Of a DNA stretch of 27,893 nucleotides, positions 16,988 to 26,480 are shown piece after piece (within the stretch, counting starts at the first letter, position 1; the number at the start of each line of letters is the position of its first letter). A program made the position numbers and the translations under genes. The DNA is from Pseudomonadota bacterium. Lineage in GTDB: Bacteria > UBA10199 > 2-02-FULL-44-16 > JAAZCA01. The stretch is taken from the NCBI GenBank assembly GCA_043798915.1, contig JAZDOG010000076.1:1-27893 (forward strand). The letters are read 5' to 3'. The notes under the pieces were generated by a model. That model had not been told where the DNA came from, ran no database searches, and was given only the letters and a program-made list of their open reading frames with translations.

Positions 16988-17761
16988 ATGAAGATCGGCG
17001 TGCTTCTGAAGCAGGTCCCCGATACCGAGACCCGCATCAAGATCAAACCGGACGGGAGCGGGATCGATGAGGGGGGGATCAAGTGGGTGATAAACCCCTA
17101 TGATGAATACGCGGTCGAAGAGGCCCTTCGCCTCAAGGAGAAGAAGGGCGGCGAGGTCGTGATCGTCACGGCGGGCCCCGCGCGCGCGGTGGAGGCGATG
17201 CGGCAGGCCCTGGCCATGGGCGCCGATCGCGGCATCCGCATCGACGTCTCCGGTGCCCCTCTCGATTCGTATTCGACCGCCGTGGTCCTTTCGAAGGCGT
17301 GCGCCAATGAAAAGTTCGATATCATCTTCGCCGGCAAGCAGGCGATCGACGACGATTGCGGTCAGGTGCACCTCGGCGTCGCGGAGATGCTCAGTCTCCC
17401 GCACGTGAATCCGGTGGAGAAGTTCGCCATCTCCGACGACATGACGAAGGCGACGCTGAGCAGGCCCGTAGCCGGCGGCACTAAAGAGGTCGTGGAATCC
17501 CCGCTGCCCGTGGTCATAGGCTGCGAGAAGGGCCTGAACGAACCGCGCTATGCGTCGCTGCCCGGGATCATGAAGGCAAGATCGAAGCCGATCGCCGAGC
17601 TCAAGTCGGCGGATCTCTTGGGCGGAGAGAGTCTGCGGGTGAAGGCGGCGGCATATGCGCTTCCTCCCGACCGGAAGGCAGGGAAGGTGATACCGGGCGA
17701 GCCGGAGGCCGCGGCCCAGGAGCTCGTAAGGCTGCTGCGGGAAGAGGCAAAGGCGATTTAA
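16988..17761 (+). CDS. etfB: Electron transfer flavoprotein beta subunit
   Basis: KQVPDT, INPYDEYAVEEAL, ALAMGAD, GKQAIDDD, NEPRYASLPGIMKA. Confidence 0.95.
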   Translation: MKIGVLLKQVPDTETRIKIKPDGSGIDEGGIKWVINPYDEYAVEEALRLKEKKGGEVVIVTAGPARAVEAMRQALAMGADRGIRIDVSGAPLDSYSTAVVLSKACANEKFDIIFAGKQAIDDDCGQVHLGVAEMLSLPHVNPVEKFAISDDMTKATLSRPVAGGTKEVVESPLPVVIGCEKGLNEPRYASLPGIMKARSKPIAELKSADLLGGESLRVKAAAYALPPDRKAGKVIPGEPEAAAQELVRLLREEAKAI

Positions 17762-17775
17762 CCCTGGAGCATATC

Positions 17776-18750
17776 ATGTCCAACATTCTCATCATCGCAG
17801 AGCATTCAAATGGCAAGCTCAAGAAATATTCGATGGAGCTCGCCGGAAAAGCGGCGGAGCTGGCCGGAAAGATGGGCGGGAATGTGACCGCGCTCCTGAT
17901 CGGCGATGGTCTCGATGCGCTCGCCAGCGAGCTCGGGCACTTTGGCGTGAAGCGCTCGATAGTCGCAGCCCATGATGGCCTCAAATCCTATTCCGGCGAG
18001 GCGTATTCGAAGGTCCTCTGCGATGTCATAGCGAAGGAGTCGCCCTCCGTAGTTCTCGCCACGGCATCAGTCGCCGGCAAGGACATGATGGCGCGCGCGG
18101 CGATGCGCCTCAAGACGGGGCTGGCTTCCGATTGTGTGCTAATCGACGTCGATGGCGGGAAGATCAAGCTGCGCCGGCCCATATACGCCGGCAAGGCGCT
18201 GATGGATATCATGATCGAAGGTTCGCCGCAGATGGCCACGCTCCGTCCCAACAGCTTTCCAGTTCCGGCGCCCGCCTCCAATTCCCCCGAGGTCGCGCAG
18301 TTCGCGGCCGATCCCGGCCCCGTCCGCGCGAAGGTGACCAGTACCCTCGAGGCGGAGGCCGGCATGATTGACTTGACCGAGGCGGACCGCATCGTCTCCG
18401 GCGGCCGCGCGATGGGCAGCTCCGACAATTTCAAGATCATCCGTGAGCTCGCGAAGTCCATCGGCGCCAGCGTCGGCGCGTCGCGCGCCGCGGTGGATGC
18501 GGGCTACATGTCGCACGACCATCAGGTGGGCCAGACGGGCAAGACCGTGAACCCCACGATCTACATCGCCTGCGGCATATCGGGCGCGATCCAGCACCTG
18601 GCCGGCATGAGGACGTCCAAGGTGATCGTCGCGATCAACAAGGACTCCGAAGCCCCGATCTTCTCAAAGGCCGACTACGGAATCGTGGGTGATCTGTTCA
18701 AGGTCGTTCCGGCCATGACAGAGGCGTTCAAGAAGCTCTTGTCCGAGTAA
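17776..18750 (+). CDS. etfA: Electron transfer flavoprotein alpha subunit
   Basis: [52 protein letters not shown]. Confidence 0.95.
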   Translation: MSNILIIAEHSNGKLKKYSMELAGKAAELAGKMGGNVTALLIGDGLDALASELGHFGVKRSIVAAHDGLKSYSGEAYSKVLCDVIAKESPSVVLATASVAGKDMMARAAMRLKTGLASDCVLIDVDGGKIKLRRPIYAGKALMDIMIEGSPQMATLRPNSFPVPAPASNSPEVAQFAADPGPVRAKVTSTLEAEAGMIDLTEADRIVSGGRAMGSSDNFKIIRELAKSIGASVGASRAAVDAGYMSHDHQVGQTGKTVNPTIYIACGISGAIQHLAGMRTSKVIVAINKDSEAPIFSKADYGIVGDLFKVVPAMTEAFKKLLSE

Positions 18751-18767
18751 AAATCTGGGGGCTTTGC

Positions 18768-20555
18768 GTGGCGGATTCCGCGGCACATGCGGTCGGCGGC
18801 CGGTTTCTCCTCGATGCCTGCGGTGCGAGGCCGATATTCATTCCCGAAAATCTGGATGAGAACCAGCTCGCGCTGGCCGAGATGACGCGCGAGTTTTCAA
18901 GGCGCGAGACCTTCGCGGTCACCGAGAGGATCGAGGCGAAGGAGGCGGGCCTTTTGCCTGAGCTCATCCGCAAGGCCGGAGGGCTGGGCCTCCTCATGGC
19001 CGAGATCCCGGAGGCCCATGGGGGCCTGGGGCTCTCCAAGGTGACCTCGACCGTCATCGCCGAGAACATGACTTGTCAGGGCTCGTTTTCCGTGGCGTTC
19101 ACCTGCCACACGGGGATCGGGACGTTGCCGCTGCTCTATTACGGCACGGAGGAGCAGAAGGCGAAGTACCTCCCCAAGCTCGCGACGGGCGAGATGATCG
19201 GCGCGTATGCCCTCACCGAATCCGAATCCGGGTCCGACGCCCTGGCCGCCCGCACCCGCGCCGTCCTTTCGCCGGACAAGAAGAACTACATCCTGAACGG
19301 CGAGAAGATGTACTGCACCAACGGCGGGATCGCCGACATCATCACTGTCTTCGCCAAGGTGGACGGCGACAAGTTCACCGCATTTATCGTGAAGCGCGGG
19401 ACCCCGGGCTTCTCCACTGGCAAGGAGGAGGAGAAGATGGGGCTCCACGGCACCTCCACCGTGACCCTCATCTTAAACGACGCCGTCGTCCCGGTCGAGG
19501 ATGTATTGGGCCAGGTCGGCCGCGGGCACAAGATCGCGTTCAACACGCTCAATATCGGGCGCTTCAAGCTCGGCGCGGCGTGCGTCGGGAGCTCCAAGCG
19601 CATGATCGAGGCGATCGCGCCGCAGGCAAACCAGAGGCATCAGTTCGGAAAGCCGATAGGGAGCTTCGAACTCATCAGGCAGAAGATAGCGCGCATCGCC
19701 TGCCGCACCTGGCTCCTCGAGTCGCTCGTCTATCGCTACGCCGGCGATCTCGACGCCTCACTCGATGCGCTGGACAAGAAAGCGGCCGACTACTTCGACC
19801 GCGTTCACGACGCTATCGAGGAGCTCTCCGTCGAAGGGGCCATCGCCAAGGTCTACGGTTCGGAGGCCCTTTCGTTTACGTCAGACGAATCGGTACAGAT
19901 ATTCGGCGGCTCGGGTTTCATCGGCGGCTATGTGGTCGAGCAGGAGTATCGCGATTGCCGCGTGAACCGCATCTTCGAGGGGACAAACGAGATATGCCGG
20001 CTCATCATCCCCGGCACGCTCATCAAGCGCGCGCTCAAGGGCCGGATCCCGATGATGGAGAGGCTTGGCGAGGTGCTGGGGGGCATGAAGTCGGGTTTTG
20101 AGGCGAGCAAGAGGCCGGCCCCCTTCGGAGCGCTCGTCGATCAGGTGGAGGGCCTGAAGCGCCTCGTGATCTACGTGACCGGGGTCGCCGTGCAGAAGCT
20201 GGGCGAGGGGATCAAGGAGCGGCAGGCCGTGGCCGAGGTGATCGCCGATCTTGCGATCGAATCGTACGCATTCGATTCCGGCGTGGCGCGGGCGATCGCG
20301 GTGATGGAGGGGGAGGAGGCTGAGAAAGCCCTCCGCTGCGCGGCGATCTGCGAGGCGGGGCTCTCGGAGCGCGTGCCGCAGCTCATTGCGCGTGCCAGAC
20401 AGGCGCTCATCAACATCGCCGGCGGGGACGAAAAAGAGTTTACGCCATATCTCAAAGGCCTGTCGCGCCTGATCCAGCCCATCGCTGCGGACACGGACAA
20501 AATTTACGATTCCATTGCGTCACGGATCCTCGAACACGAAGGGTACGACCTGTAA
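18768..20555 (+). CDS. Acyl-CoA dehydrogenase (long form, VLCAD/FadE-like)
   Basis: HTGIGTLP, GTEEQKAKYLPKL, YALTE..SGSDA, EEKMGLHG, LNIGRFKLG, RIFEGTNEI plus C-terminal extension. Confidence 0.92.
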   Translation: MADSAAHAVGGRFLLDACGARPIFIPENLDENQLALAEMTREFSRRETFAVTERIEAKEAGLLPELIRKAGGLGLLMAEIPEAHGGLGLSKVTSTVIAENMTCQGSFSVAFTCHTGIGTLPLLYYGTEEQKAKYLPKLATGEMIGAYALTESESGSDALAARTRAVLSPDKKNYILNGEKMYCTNGGIADIITVFAKVDGDKFTAFIVKRGTPGFSTGKEEEKMGLHGTSTVTLILNDAVVPVEDVLGQVGRGHKIAFNTLNIGRFKLGAACVGSSKRMIEAIAPQANQRHQFGKPIGSFELIRQKIARIACRTWLLESLVYRYAGDLDASLDALDKKAADYFDRVHDAIEELSVEGAIAKVYGSEALSFTSDESVQIFGGSGFIGGYVVEQEYRDCRVNRIFEGTNEICRLIIPGTLIKRALKGRIPMMERLGEVLGGMKSGFEASKRPAPFGALVDQVEGLKRLVIYVTGVAVQKLGEGIKERQAVAEVIADLAIESYAFDSGVARAIAVMEGEEAEKALRCAAICEAGLSERVPQLIARARQALINIAGGDEKEFTPYLKGLSRLIQPIAADTDKIYDSIASRILEHEGYDL

Positions 20556-20561
20556 ACTTCT

Positions 20562-21173
20562 ATGGCCAGAAAATACATCGCTATTGCAGGCAACATGGGG
20601 GCGGGCAAGTCATCGCTCGTCGAGTTTCTCTGCAAGCACTTTAGCCTCAAGCCCTTCTTCGAGCCCAACGACGTGAACCCGTTCCTCGCCGATTTCTACA
20701 AGGACATGAAGAGATGGGCCTTTCACTCGCAGATGCACTTTCTCACGCACAAGTTTCGCATCCACCGCGAGCTCGACAGTTTTCCCGAGACTGTCGTTCA
20801 GGACCGCTCGATCTACGAGGATGCCGAGATATTCGCCTTCAATCTCCACCAGCAGGGCTGCATGGGCGAAGAAGAATACCGGACCTATCGGGATCTCTAC
20901 GAGGTGATGGTCGAGGCGATCCGGCCCCCTGACCTGCTCATCTATCTCGAATGTCCCTTGAAGACGCTCAAGAAGCGGATCGCCGGCCGCGGGCGCTCGA
21001 TGGAGAAAAGCGTGCCGGATGAGTATCTCAAGCGCCTCGAGCGCAACTACCGCCGCTGGCTGGGCAACTACGGCCGCTCGCCGGTGCTCAAGCTCTCAAC
21101 CGAAAAGATGGACTACATCGAAGATTTCATCCACAGGCAGGATCTGCTGAACAAGATAGAACGATATCTGTAG
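20562..21173 (+). CDS. Deoxynucleoside kinase (dAK/dGK/dCK family)
   Basis: P-loop GNMGAGKS, NPFLADFY, DRSIYED, PDLLIYL, RIAGRGR. Confidence 0.92.
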   Translation: MARKYIAIAGNMGAGKSSLVEFLCKHFSLKPFFEPNDVNPFLADFYKDMKRWAFHSQMHFLTHKFRIHRELDSFPETVVQDRSIYEDAEIFAFNLHQQGCMGEEEYRTYRDLYEVMVEAIRPPDLLIYLECPLKTLKKRIAGRGRSMEKSVPDEYLKRLERNYRRWLGNYGRSPVLKLSTEKMDYIEDFIHRQDLLNKIERYL

Positions 21174-21246
21174 GGATCACCTGCTGTGGCCACGACGGCG
21201 ATCGCTGTTCATTGGAAGAGATTGACCCCAGCCAATAACATCGCCC

Positions 21247-21275
21247 TTTACTGCCGCCGGTTTCGAGGCTATACC
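21247..21275 (+). promoter_or_regulatory. Possible promoter producing a leaderless mntA-hepT mRNA
   Basis: TTTACT, 17 nt, TATACC ending 7 nt before ATG 21283. No SD upstream of that ATG. Confidence 0.4.
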
Positions 21276-21282
21276 TCCGCCT

Positions 21283-21723
21283 ATGGGCATGCAAACTATC
21301 CAGCCTGAGATCGTTCAAAAACTCTCGGATTATTTTTCGGGGCGGGGCGACGTCGTCATGGCTTTTCTGTTCGGCTCATTTGCCAAAGGAAACGCCTGCG
21401 CTGAGTCGGATGCGGATGTGGCCGTCTATTTTGCGCCGGTCGCGGGGCGGCCGGACGATGCGGAGTCAGCCTCCGAGGATGAGGTGTGGAGGGATGTGGA
21501 GCGCATCGTCGGCAGGGAGGCGGACCTCCTGGTCCTCAACAGGGCGGCGCCGATAGTGGCGTTTGGCGCTATCCGCGGCATCCCGCTGGCAATCAAGGAC
21601 AGGGATGTGTACATGTCGTTTCTGCTGCGCACCATGACGGACGCGCTCGATTTTCAGGAGTTCATCGAATCGTGGTGGCGGCTCAAGAGGGGGAGGGAAT
21701 ATGGCGCTTCTTCCGGAGGATAG
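21283..21723 (+). CDS. mntA: Minimal nucleotidyltransferase (MntA-type antitoxin, type VII TA)
   Basis: FLFGS-FAKGNACAES-DAD matches GSX10DXD. It overlaps the downstream HEPN gene. Confidence 0.85.
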   Translation: MGMQTIQPEIVQKLSDYFSGRGDVVMAFLFGSFAKGNACAESDADVAVYFAPVAGRPDDAESASEDEVWRDVERIVGREADLLVLNRAAPIVAFGAIRGIPLAIKDRDVYMSFLLRTMTDALDFQEFIESWWRLKRGREYGASSGG

Positions 21724-22126
21724 GGCCAGGCTCATCAAGTACGCCGATTTTCTGGAAACGGAGCTTTCCGATTTTCCGCGTTTTTCCAGGATCGGCTGGA
21801 AGAAATACAACGAGGACCGCGACGCCAGGAGAAACATCGAGCGATGGGTCGAGAATATCGTCAGCTGTTCGATCGACATGGCGAAGGTCCTGCTCGTCGC
21901 GGAGGGGCGGGATATTCCGCCCACCTACAAAGAGGTTGTCAGGGCGATAGGGGCTCTGCCTCATTTCGACGAGAAGCTCGGAGATGAACTCTCGCGCTGG
22001 GTGGCGCTCCGAAACGTCATCGCGCACGAGTATCTGGACTTGAGCTGGGCGCGAATTGAAAAATTTCTAAAGTCCGCGGAACCCTCATATTGCAGCCTGG
22101 TGACGGCCGTGAAGGCCATCCTGTAG
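21701..22126 (+). CDS. hepT: HEPN (DUF86) ribonuclease toxin, HepT-type
   Basis: RNVIAHEY matches RX4HXY. Also IERWVENIV..SIDMAK and PPTYKE. Confidence 0.85.
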   Translation: MALLPEDRARLIKYADFLETELSDFPRFSRIGWKKYNEDRDARRNIERWVENIVSCSIDMAKVLLVAEGRDIPPTYKEVVRAIGALPHFDEKLGDELSRWVALRNVIAHEYLDLSWARIEKFLKSAEPSYCSLVTAVKAIL

Positions 22127-22131
22127 CGATC

Positions 22132-24120
22132 TCAGATAGCATCTGCCACCAGCTCCGCGATGTCCCTGGTCTCAATGTCCCCGGCGTTCGTCTCCTTTAC
22201 CGCATCGGAGAGCATCGTGAGGCAGTAGGGGCAGGCGGAGGCGACGAGCGTCGCCGAGGTCTGCGACTGGATGTCCTCTAGCCTCTTGTGGTTGATCCGC
22301 GTACCCGTCTTCTCCTCCATCCACATCCTTCCGCCGCCGGCGCCGCAGCAGCGCCCCATGTCGCGCGAGAGCTCCATCTCCTCGATGTGGGCATGGGGGA
22401 GCGATTTGAGGACCGCGCGCGGGGCGTCATAGATTTCGTTGTAGCGCCCGAGATAGCACGAGTCGTGGAAGGAGATCGTCTTTCCCTGCAGCGATGTCTT
22501 GGGGATAAGCCGGCCCTCCCTTATCAGATCGCTCAGGAGTTCGGTGTGGTGGACGACCTCATATCTGCCGCCGAACTGCGGGAACTCGTTCTTGATCGTG
22601 TTGTAGCAATGGGGGCAGGTCGCGATCACCTTTTTCACGCCGTAGCGGTCGAACGTAGCGATGTTTTCCTTCACGAGCGTCTGGAAGAGATATTCATTGC
22701 CGATCCGGCGCGCGGAGTCGCCCGTGCACTTCTCCTCGGCGCCCAGGATGCCGAACGACACGCCGGCAGCCTGCAGGCATTTCACGAATGCGCGGCTCAC
22801 CTTTTTGGCGCGCTCGTCGAACGAACCGGCGCAGCCGACGAAATAGAGATACTCCACGTCCTTCCCCTCGGAGAGCGTTGCGACGCCCATATCCTTCGCC
22901 CAATCGCCGCGCGATGAGAAGCCGATGCCCCACGGGTTCGAGTTGTTCTCGATGTTCCGGAGCGCGGTCTGCGCCTCCGGCGCAAAATCTCCCTTCATGA
23001 GGACGAGGTTGCGCCGCATGTCGACTATCTTGTCGACGTATTCGATGAGGACCGGGCAGGCCTCCTCGCAGGCGCGGCAGGTCGTGCAATCCCAGATGAT
23101 CTGGGGGTCGAGGGTTAAGGGGACGATCGGCGCCGTGAGCCCGGCCCTTTCGCCCTTGCCGGTGCGGATCAGCTTGAATGCGTTCTTGTAGGCGTGATCG
23201 CGGAGCATGATCGTGAGCTCCTTGGGGCTCAGCTTCTTGCCGGTCGCGTTGGCTGGACACTGGTCGGAGCAGCGCCCGCACTCCGTGCAGCTGTAGAGGT
23301 CCAGGACCTGCTTCCAGTTCATCTCGGCGATCTTTTCCACGCCGAACGTCGTTGCGCTCTCGTCCTCGAGGTTCATCTTTCTGATCGCGCCGCACGGCCC
23401 GGTCTTTCTGAGGAACACGTTGGGTATCGCGGTGATGATGTGAAAGTGTTTTCCGTAGGGCAGGTAGTTGAGAAACAGGACGATGCCGGCGGTGTGGATG
23501 AAGTAGCTCGCTGTGAACCAGACCTTGAGCGAATGGGGAGACACCTTTGCGGCCGTGAAGAGCCCCGCAAACCACATCCCGACGGGGGAGAGCGCGGCCT
23601 CGGCGCTCCAATTCTGGGCGATGGACGCGCCCTCCACCACAAAGTCGGTGAGCATGAGGATGCCGATCGCGATGAGGATGACGACTGCTTCTGCCGAGAG
23701 CGTGAGCCTCTTGGGTCTCAAGATGATGCGCCGGAAGAGGAGCGCTGCCACGCCTACGGTGACCAGCACCTCGAAGATATCCTTTGTGAAGATGTAGATG
23801 TAGCCGAGGACTCCGTTCATGAAGGGGAGCCGGAATCCCTCCACGAATCCCTCTCCGAAGAGCATGATGGTTCGGGCCGCTACGGCCAGAAATCCCCAGA
23901 AGATGAATGCGTGCATCAGGCCGGATTTTCCGTCGCGGAACAGGAGGCGCTTCTGCCCGAAGGCGAAGATCAAAACGCCCTCTACCCTCGCCGCGATATT
24001 GTCCCATCGTTTTTCGCGGTTGCCGGTCACAGAGAGGAGCAGCGCGATGCGGTGGAATGCGGTGAAGGCGAACGCCGCAAGCCCAAGCGCCAGGATTATC
24101 CCCATTGTTATCGGATACAT
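22132..24120 (-). CDS. Membrane-bound heme b / 2x[4Fe-4S] / CCG-domain oxidoreductase (FadF/EtfD-like, probable ETF:quinone oxidoreductase)
   Basis: N-terminal TM domain with His (GLMHAFIFWGF, FIHT, GKHFH), CTECGRCSDQCP and CTTCRACEEACP, CCG domains (FVGC..KCTGD..TCPHC; HDSCYLGR..CCGAGGG..ACPYC). Start 24120 preferred (GGGG SD). Confidence 0.9.
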   Translation of the reverse strand: MYPITMGIILALGLAAFAFTAFHRIALLLSVTGNREKRWDNIAARVEGVLIFAFGQKRLLFRDGKSGLMHAFIFWGFLAVAARTIMLFGEGFVEGFRLPFMNGVLGYIYIFTKDIFEVLVTVGVAALLFRRIILRPKRLTLSAEAVVILIAIGILMLTDFVVEGASIAQNWSAEAALSPVGMWFAGLFTAAKVSPHSLKVWFTASYFIHTAGIVLFLNYLPYGKHFHIITAIPNVFLRKTGPCGAIRKMNLEDESATTFGVEKIAEMNWKQVLDLYSCTECGRCSDQCPANATGKKLSPKELTIMLRDHAYKNAFKLIRTGKGERAGLTAPIVPLTLDPQIIWDCTTCRACEEACPVLIEYVDKIVDMRRNLVLMKGDFAPEAQTALRNIENNSNPWGIGFSSRGDWAKDMGVATLSEGKDVEYLYFVGCAGSFDERAKKVSRAFVKCLQAAGVSFGILGAEEKCTGDSARRIGNEYLFQTLVKENIATFDRYGVKKVIATCPHCYNTIKNEFPQFGGRYEVVHHTELLSDLIREGRLIPKTSLQGKTISFHDSCYLGRYNEIYDAPRAVLKSLPHAHIEEMELSRDMGRCCGAGGGRMWMEEKTGTRINHKRLEDIQSQTSATLVASACPYCLTMLSDAVKETNAGDIETRDIAELVADAI

Positions 24121-24318
24121 TTTCACCCCCATTTATTTTTTGTCTCGTTATGGCATTCAAGGGCGAGGGTCAACCCTAATTAATTGGATTCTATTGGAAA
24201 AAACAGGCGTGAAGAGTCCCCACCTTCGAAAAAATAAAGAGAAAAAGATTCTGGAAATGGCCCCTTGCACGTAATAGAATAATGGTTTAGAGAAGACAGC
24301 TCAACAAAGGGGGTGCGT

Positions 24319-25752
24319 ATGAAACAAAGATTATTGATAGGGGGCCTCATGGCGGGCCTGATGTGTGTGGCCGCCTGCGGGAGTTCCGGCGGCAGCGGAT
24401 CGAGCAGCAGCAGTATTCCGACAATCTCATCGATCAGCGACCTGCCGACGGCCACGAGCCCGATGTCCTCTTCAGCGTCGGCGATGATCGTGAAGGGCGT
24501 GGACAAGGCCGCGACGACGGGCCTCAACATCCTGACGACGACCGCAGACAATTTCAGCGACCAGACGAGCATCGGAGCCTGCAACACGTTCAATTCTCTC
24601 AAGGACAATATCCTCTCAGCTACGCAGGCCGATATGATCCTCTGTTTCGTGCAGAACATGGATGCGTCGGCTAATTTCTCGGGCCTCACGGACAGCAATG
24701 GCCATGCCATCGACATATATGATGGCGCCTATCACATCTTCAACCTGAACTTTGCGGGTGTGCCATCCGGCGATGGGGCGCCCAACCGCATAAAGATGAA
24801 GATCGCGAAGGACGGCGCTGGCAGCATCACGAGCTTCGAGATGTTCATGTGCCGTGACAAGACGGACGGCAGCGGCCTGGAACAGAGCGAGTACACAAAG
24901 CAGACGATCGACGGGACGAGCTACACGATGCGTGCTACGGGCAGCTATCAGGATAGCGGGGGATCGGGCTTCCACTGGGTCAACGTGAGCGGAACGCTCA
25001 ACAGCTCCCGCAAGTTCATCTCGAAGACGATCACCGTGAAGAACGACGGTTCGTGGGGCGGCGGCACCAACTGGGGCGAGCAGACGCTTGTCCAGGCTCC
25101 GGCCTCCTTCACCATCAGCGGCTATCACAAGGGGAGCTTCGTCGATACCGAGCACGGCATGTCAGGCAGCTACGAGGACAAGGGCTATGCGCTTGGCCAG
25201 ATGCTCGGCGATGCGACGGGCCTCTCGAGCCTTGCCATGGGCGACGGTGCGGTGCTCTATGGCCAGAGCGGGAGCAACACGAATCCTCAGGGTGGTCCGG
25301 ATCAGACTCACACTCAGACCGGGACGGATGCGTGGCTGGGCGATGGCGCGTTGCCGACGACCTCAAATGACTACCTGGCGGGCGCCATCGCAGGGGCGCT
25401 CCCGACTGCGGCATCGAGCATGACGATCTCCTTCGAGGCCAGCGAGACATGGGACTGCACCGACGATGTCAGCGTCGGTATCTACGACCTGCCACAGGTG
25501 CAGTTCACTACCATAGAGAGCTCCTGCAGCAAGTACATGGCCAGCGGCAGCTGGATCAACTGCTTCCAGCAGATCGGCTCGTGCAATATGGACAACATGT
25601 GCCAGGGTGCCACGGAGGGTGCCCAGAAGACGGCGTGCGAGGCCTGTTTCCCGAATGGCCTCAAGAATAATGACACGTTCAGCTGCCTGATCGCGACATG
25701 TCAGGGTGGGCAGGAATGTGTTGACAGCTACACGCAGCATTGCAGTGATTGA
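24319..25752 (+). CDS. Hypothetical lipoprotein with Cys-rich C-terminus
   Basis: AAGGGGG SD, basic N-terminus, hydrophobic core, lipobox VAA|C, Ser/Gly linker. Followed by an intrinsic terminator. Confidence 0.8.
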   Translation: MKQRLLIGGLMAGLMCVAACGSSGGSGSSSSSIPTISSISDLPTATSPMSSSASAMIVKGVDKAATTGLNILTTTADNFSDQTSIGACNTFNSLKDNILSATQADMILCFVQNMDASANFSGLTDSNGHAIDIYDGAYHIFNLNFAGVPSGDGAPNRIKMKIAKDGAGSITSFEMFMCRDKTDGSGLEQSEYTKQTIDGTSYTMRATGSYQDSGGSGFHWVNVSGTLNSSRKFISKTITVKNDGSWGGGTNWGEQTLVQAPASFTISGYHKGSFVDTEHGMSGSYEDKGYALGQMLGDATGLSSLAMGDGAVLYGQSGSNTNPQGGPDQTHTQTGTDAWLGDGALPTTSNDYLAGAIAGALPTAASSMTISFEASETWDCTDDVSVGIYDLPQVQFTTIESSCSKYMASGSWINCFQQIGSCNMDNMCQGATEGAQKTACEACFPNGLKNNDTFSCLIATCQGGQECVDSYTQHCSD

Positions 25753-25767
25753 AATGTTGGTCATTTT

Positions 25768-25804
25768 AAAAGGCCCCGGCGGTTATCCGCCGGGGCCTTT
25801 TTTT
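25768..25804. terminator. Intrinsic, probably bidirectional terminator
   Basis: AAAAGGCCCCGGCGG-TTAT-CCGCCGGGGCCTTTTTTT between convergent genes. Confidence 0.88.
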
Positions 25805-25836
25805 GGTCGATCAATAGCGCTGTCAGGACAAAGTCC

Positions 25837-26469
25837 TCAATTTGCCGGCGGCGCGGCTGGCACCGGGGCTGCCGGAGCCGGTTTCAGACCCTGAGGCTGC
25901 ATCCCGAAGTCGACATTGGGAGCCGTCTTCGCGGCCTCCTCGGCCTTGAAGTAGATGTTCTCGCGAGCGTAGCCGAATATGCCGGCGATCATATTGTTCG
26001 GGAAGCGCCGGACGAAGACGTTGTACTCCTTCACCGTTTCGTTGTAGCGCATCCTCTCCACGGCTATGCGGTTTTCCGTGCCGGCCAGTTCATCCTGCAG
26101 GGCCATAAAGTTCTGGTTGGATTTGAGGTCCGGGTAACGCTCGACGACCAGGAGCAGCCTTCCCAGCGCGGCTGTCAGCTGATTGTTGGCATCGACCTTA
26201 TCGGGAATGCTCTTTGCCCCCCCCACCTTCGAGCGCGCCTCGGCCACGTCGATGAAGACCTTCTGCTCCTGCGCGGCGTAGCCCTTCACCGTGTTCACGA
26301 GGTTGGGGATCAGGTCGTTTCGCCTCTGCAGAACGTTCTCGACCTGCGCCCACGCCGTCGAGACCGATTCGTTGAGCGTCACGAGCGAGTTGTACTTGCC
26401 CACGCAGTTCCCACCGGCGACGAGAGCGATGAATACAGCTATGCCTACCGCGATCCATATTTTTTTCAT
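25837..26469 (-). CDS. lemA: LemA family protein
   Basis: TM then YNSLV, AWAQVENVLQRRNDLIPNLV, ERYPDLKSNQNF, LAGTENRIAVER..YN, FPNNMIA. Confidence 0.94.
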   Translation of the reverse strand: MKKIWIAVGIAVFIALVAGGNCVGKYNSLVTLNESVSTAWAQVENVLQRRNDLIPNLVNTVKGYAAQEQKVFIDVAEARSKVGGAKSIPDKVDANNQLTAALGRLLLVVERYPDLKSNQNFMALQDELAGTENRIAVERMRYNETVKEYNVFVRRFPNNMIAGIFGYARENIYFKAEEAAKTAPNVDFGMQPQGLKPAPAAPVPAAPPAN

Positions 26470-26480
26470 TTTTCCCCCTG

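Noticed and set aside
25630..25655. c-type heme motif in the lipoprotein
   Set aside because: The motif is CEACF, not CxxCH.
26171..26182. GCTGTCAGCTGA, a partial third copy of the AGCTGACAGC motif
   Set aside because: It lies inside the lemA coding sequence and can be explained by codons.
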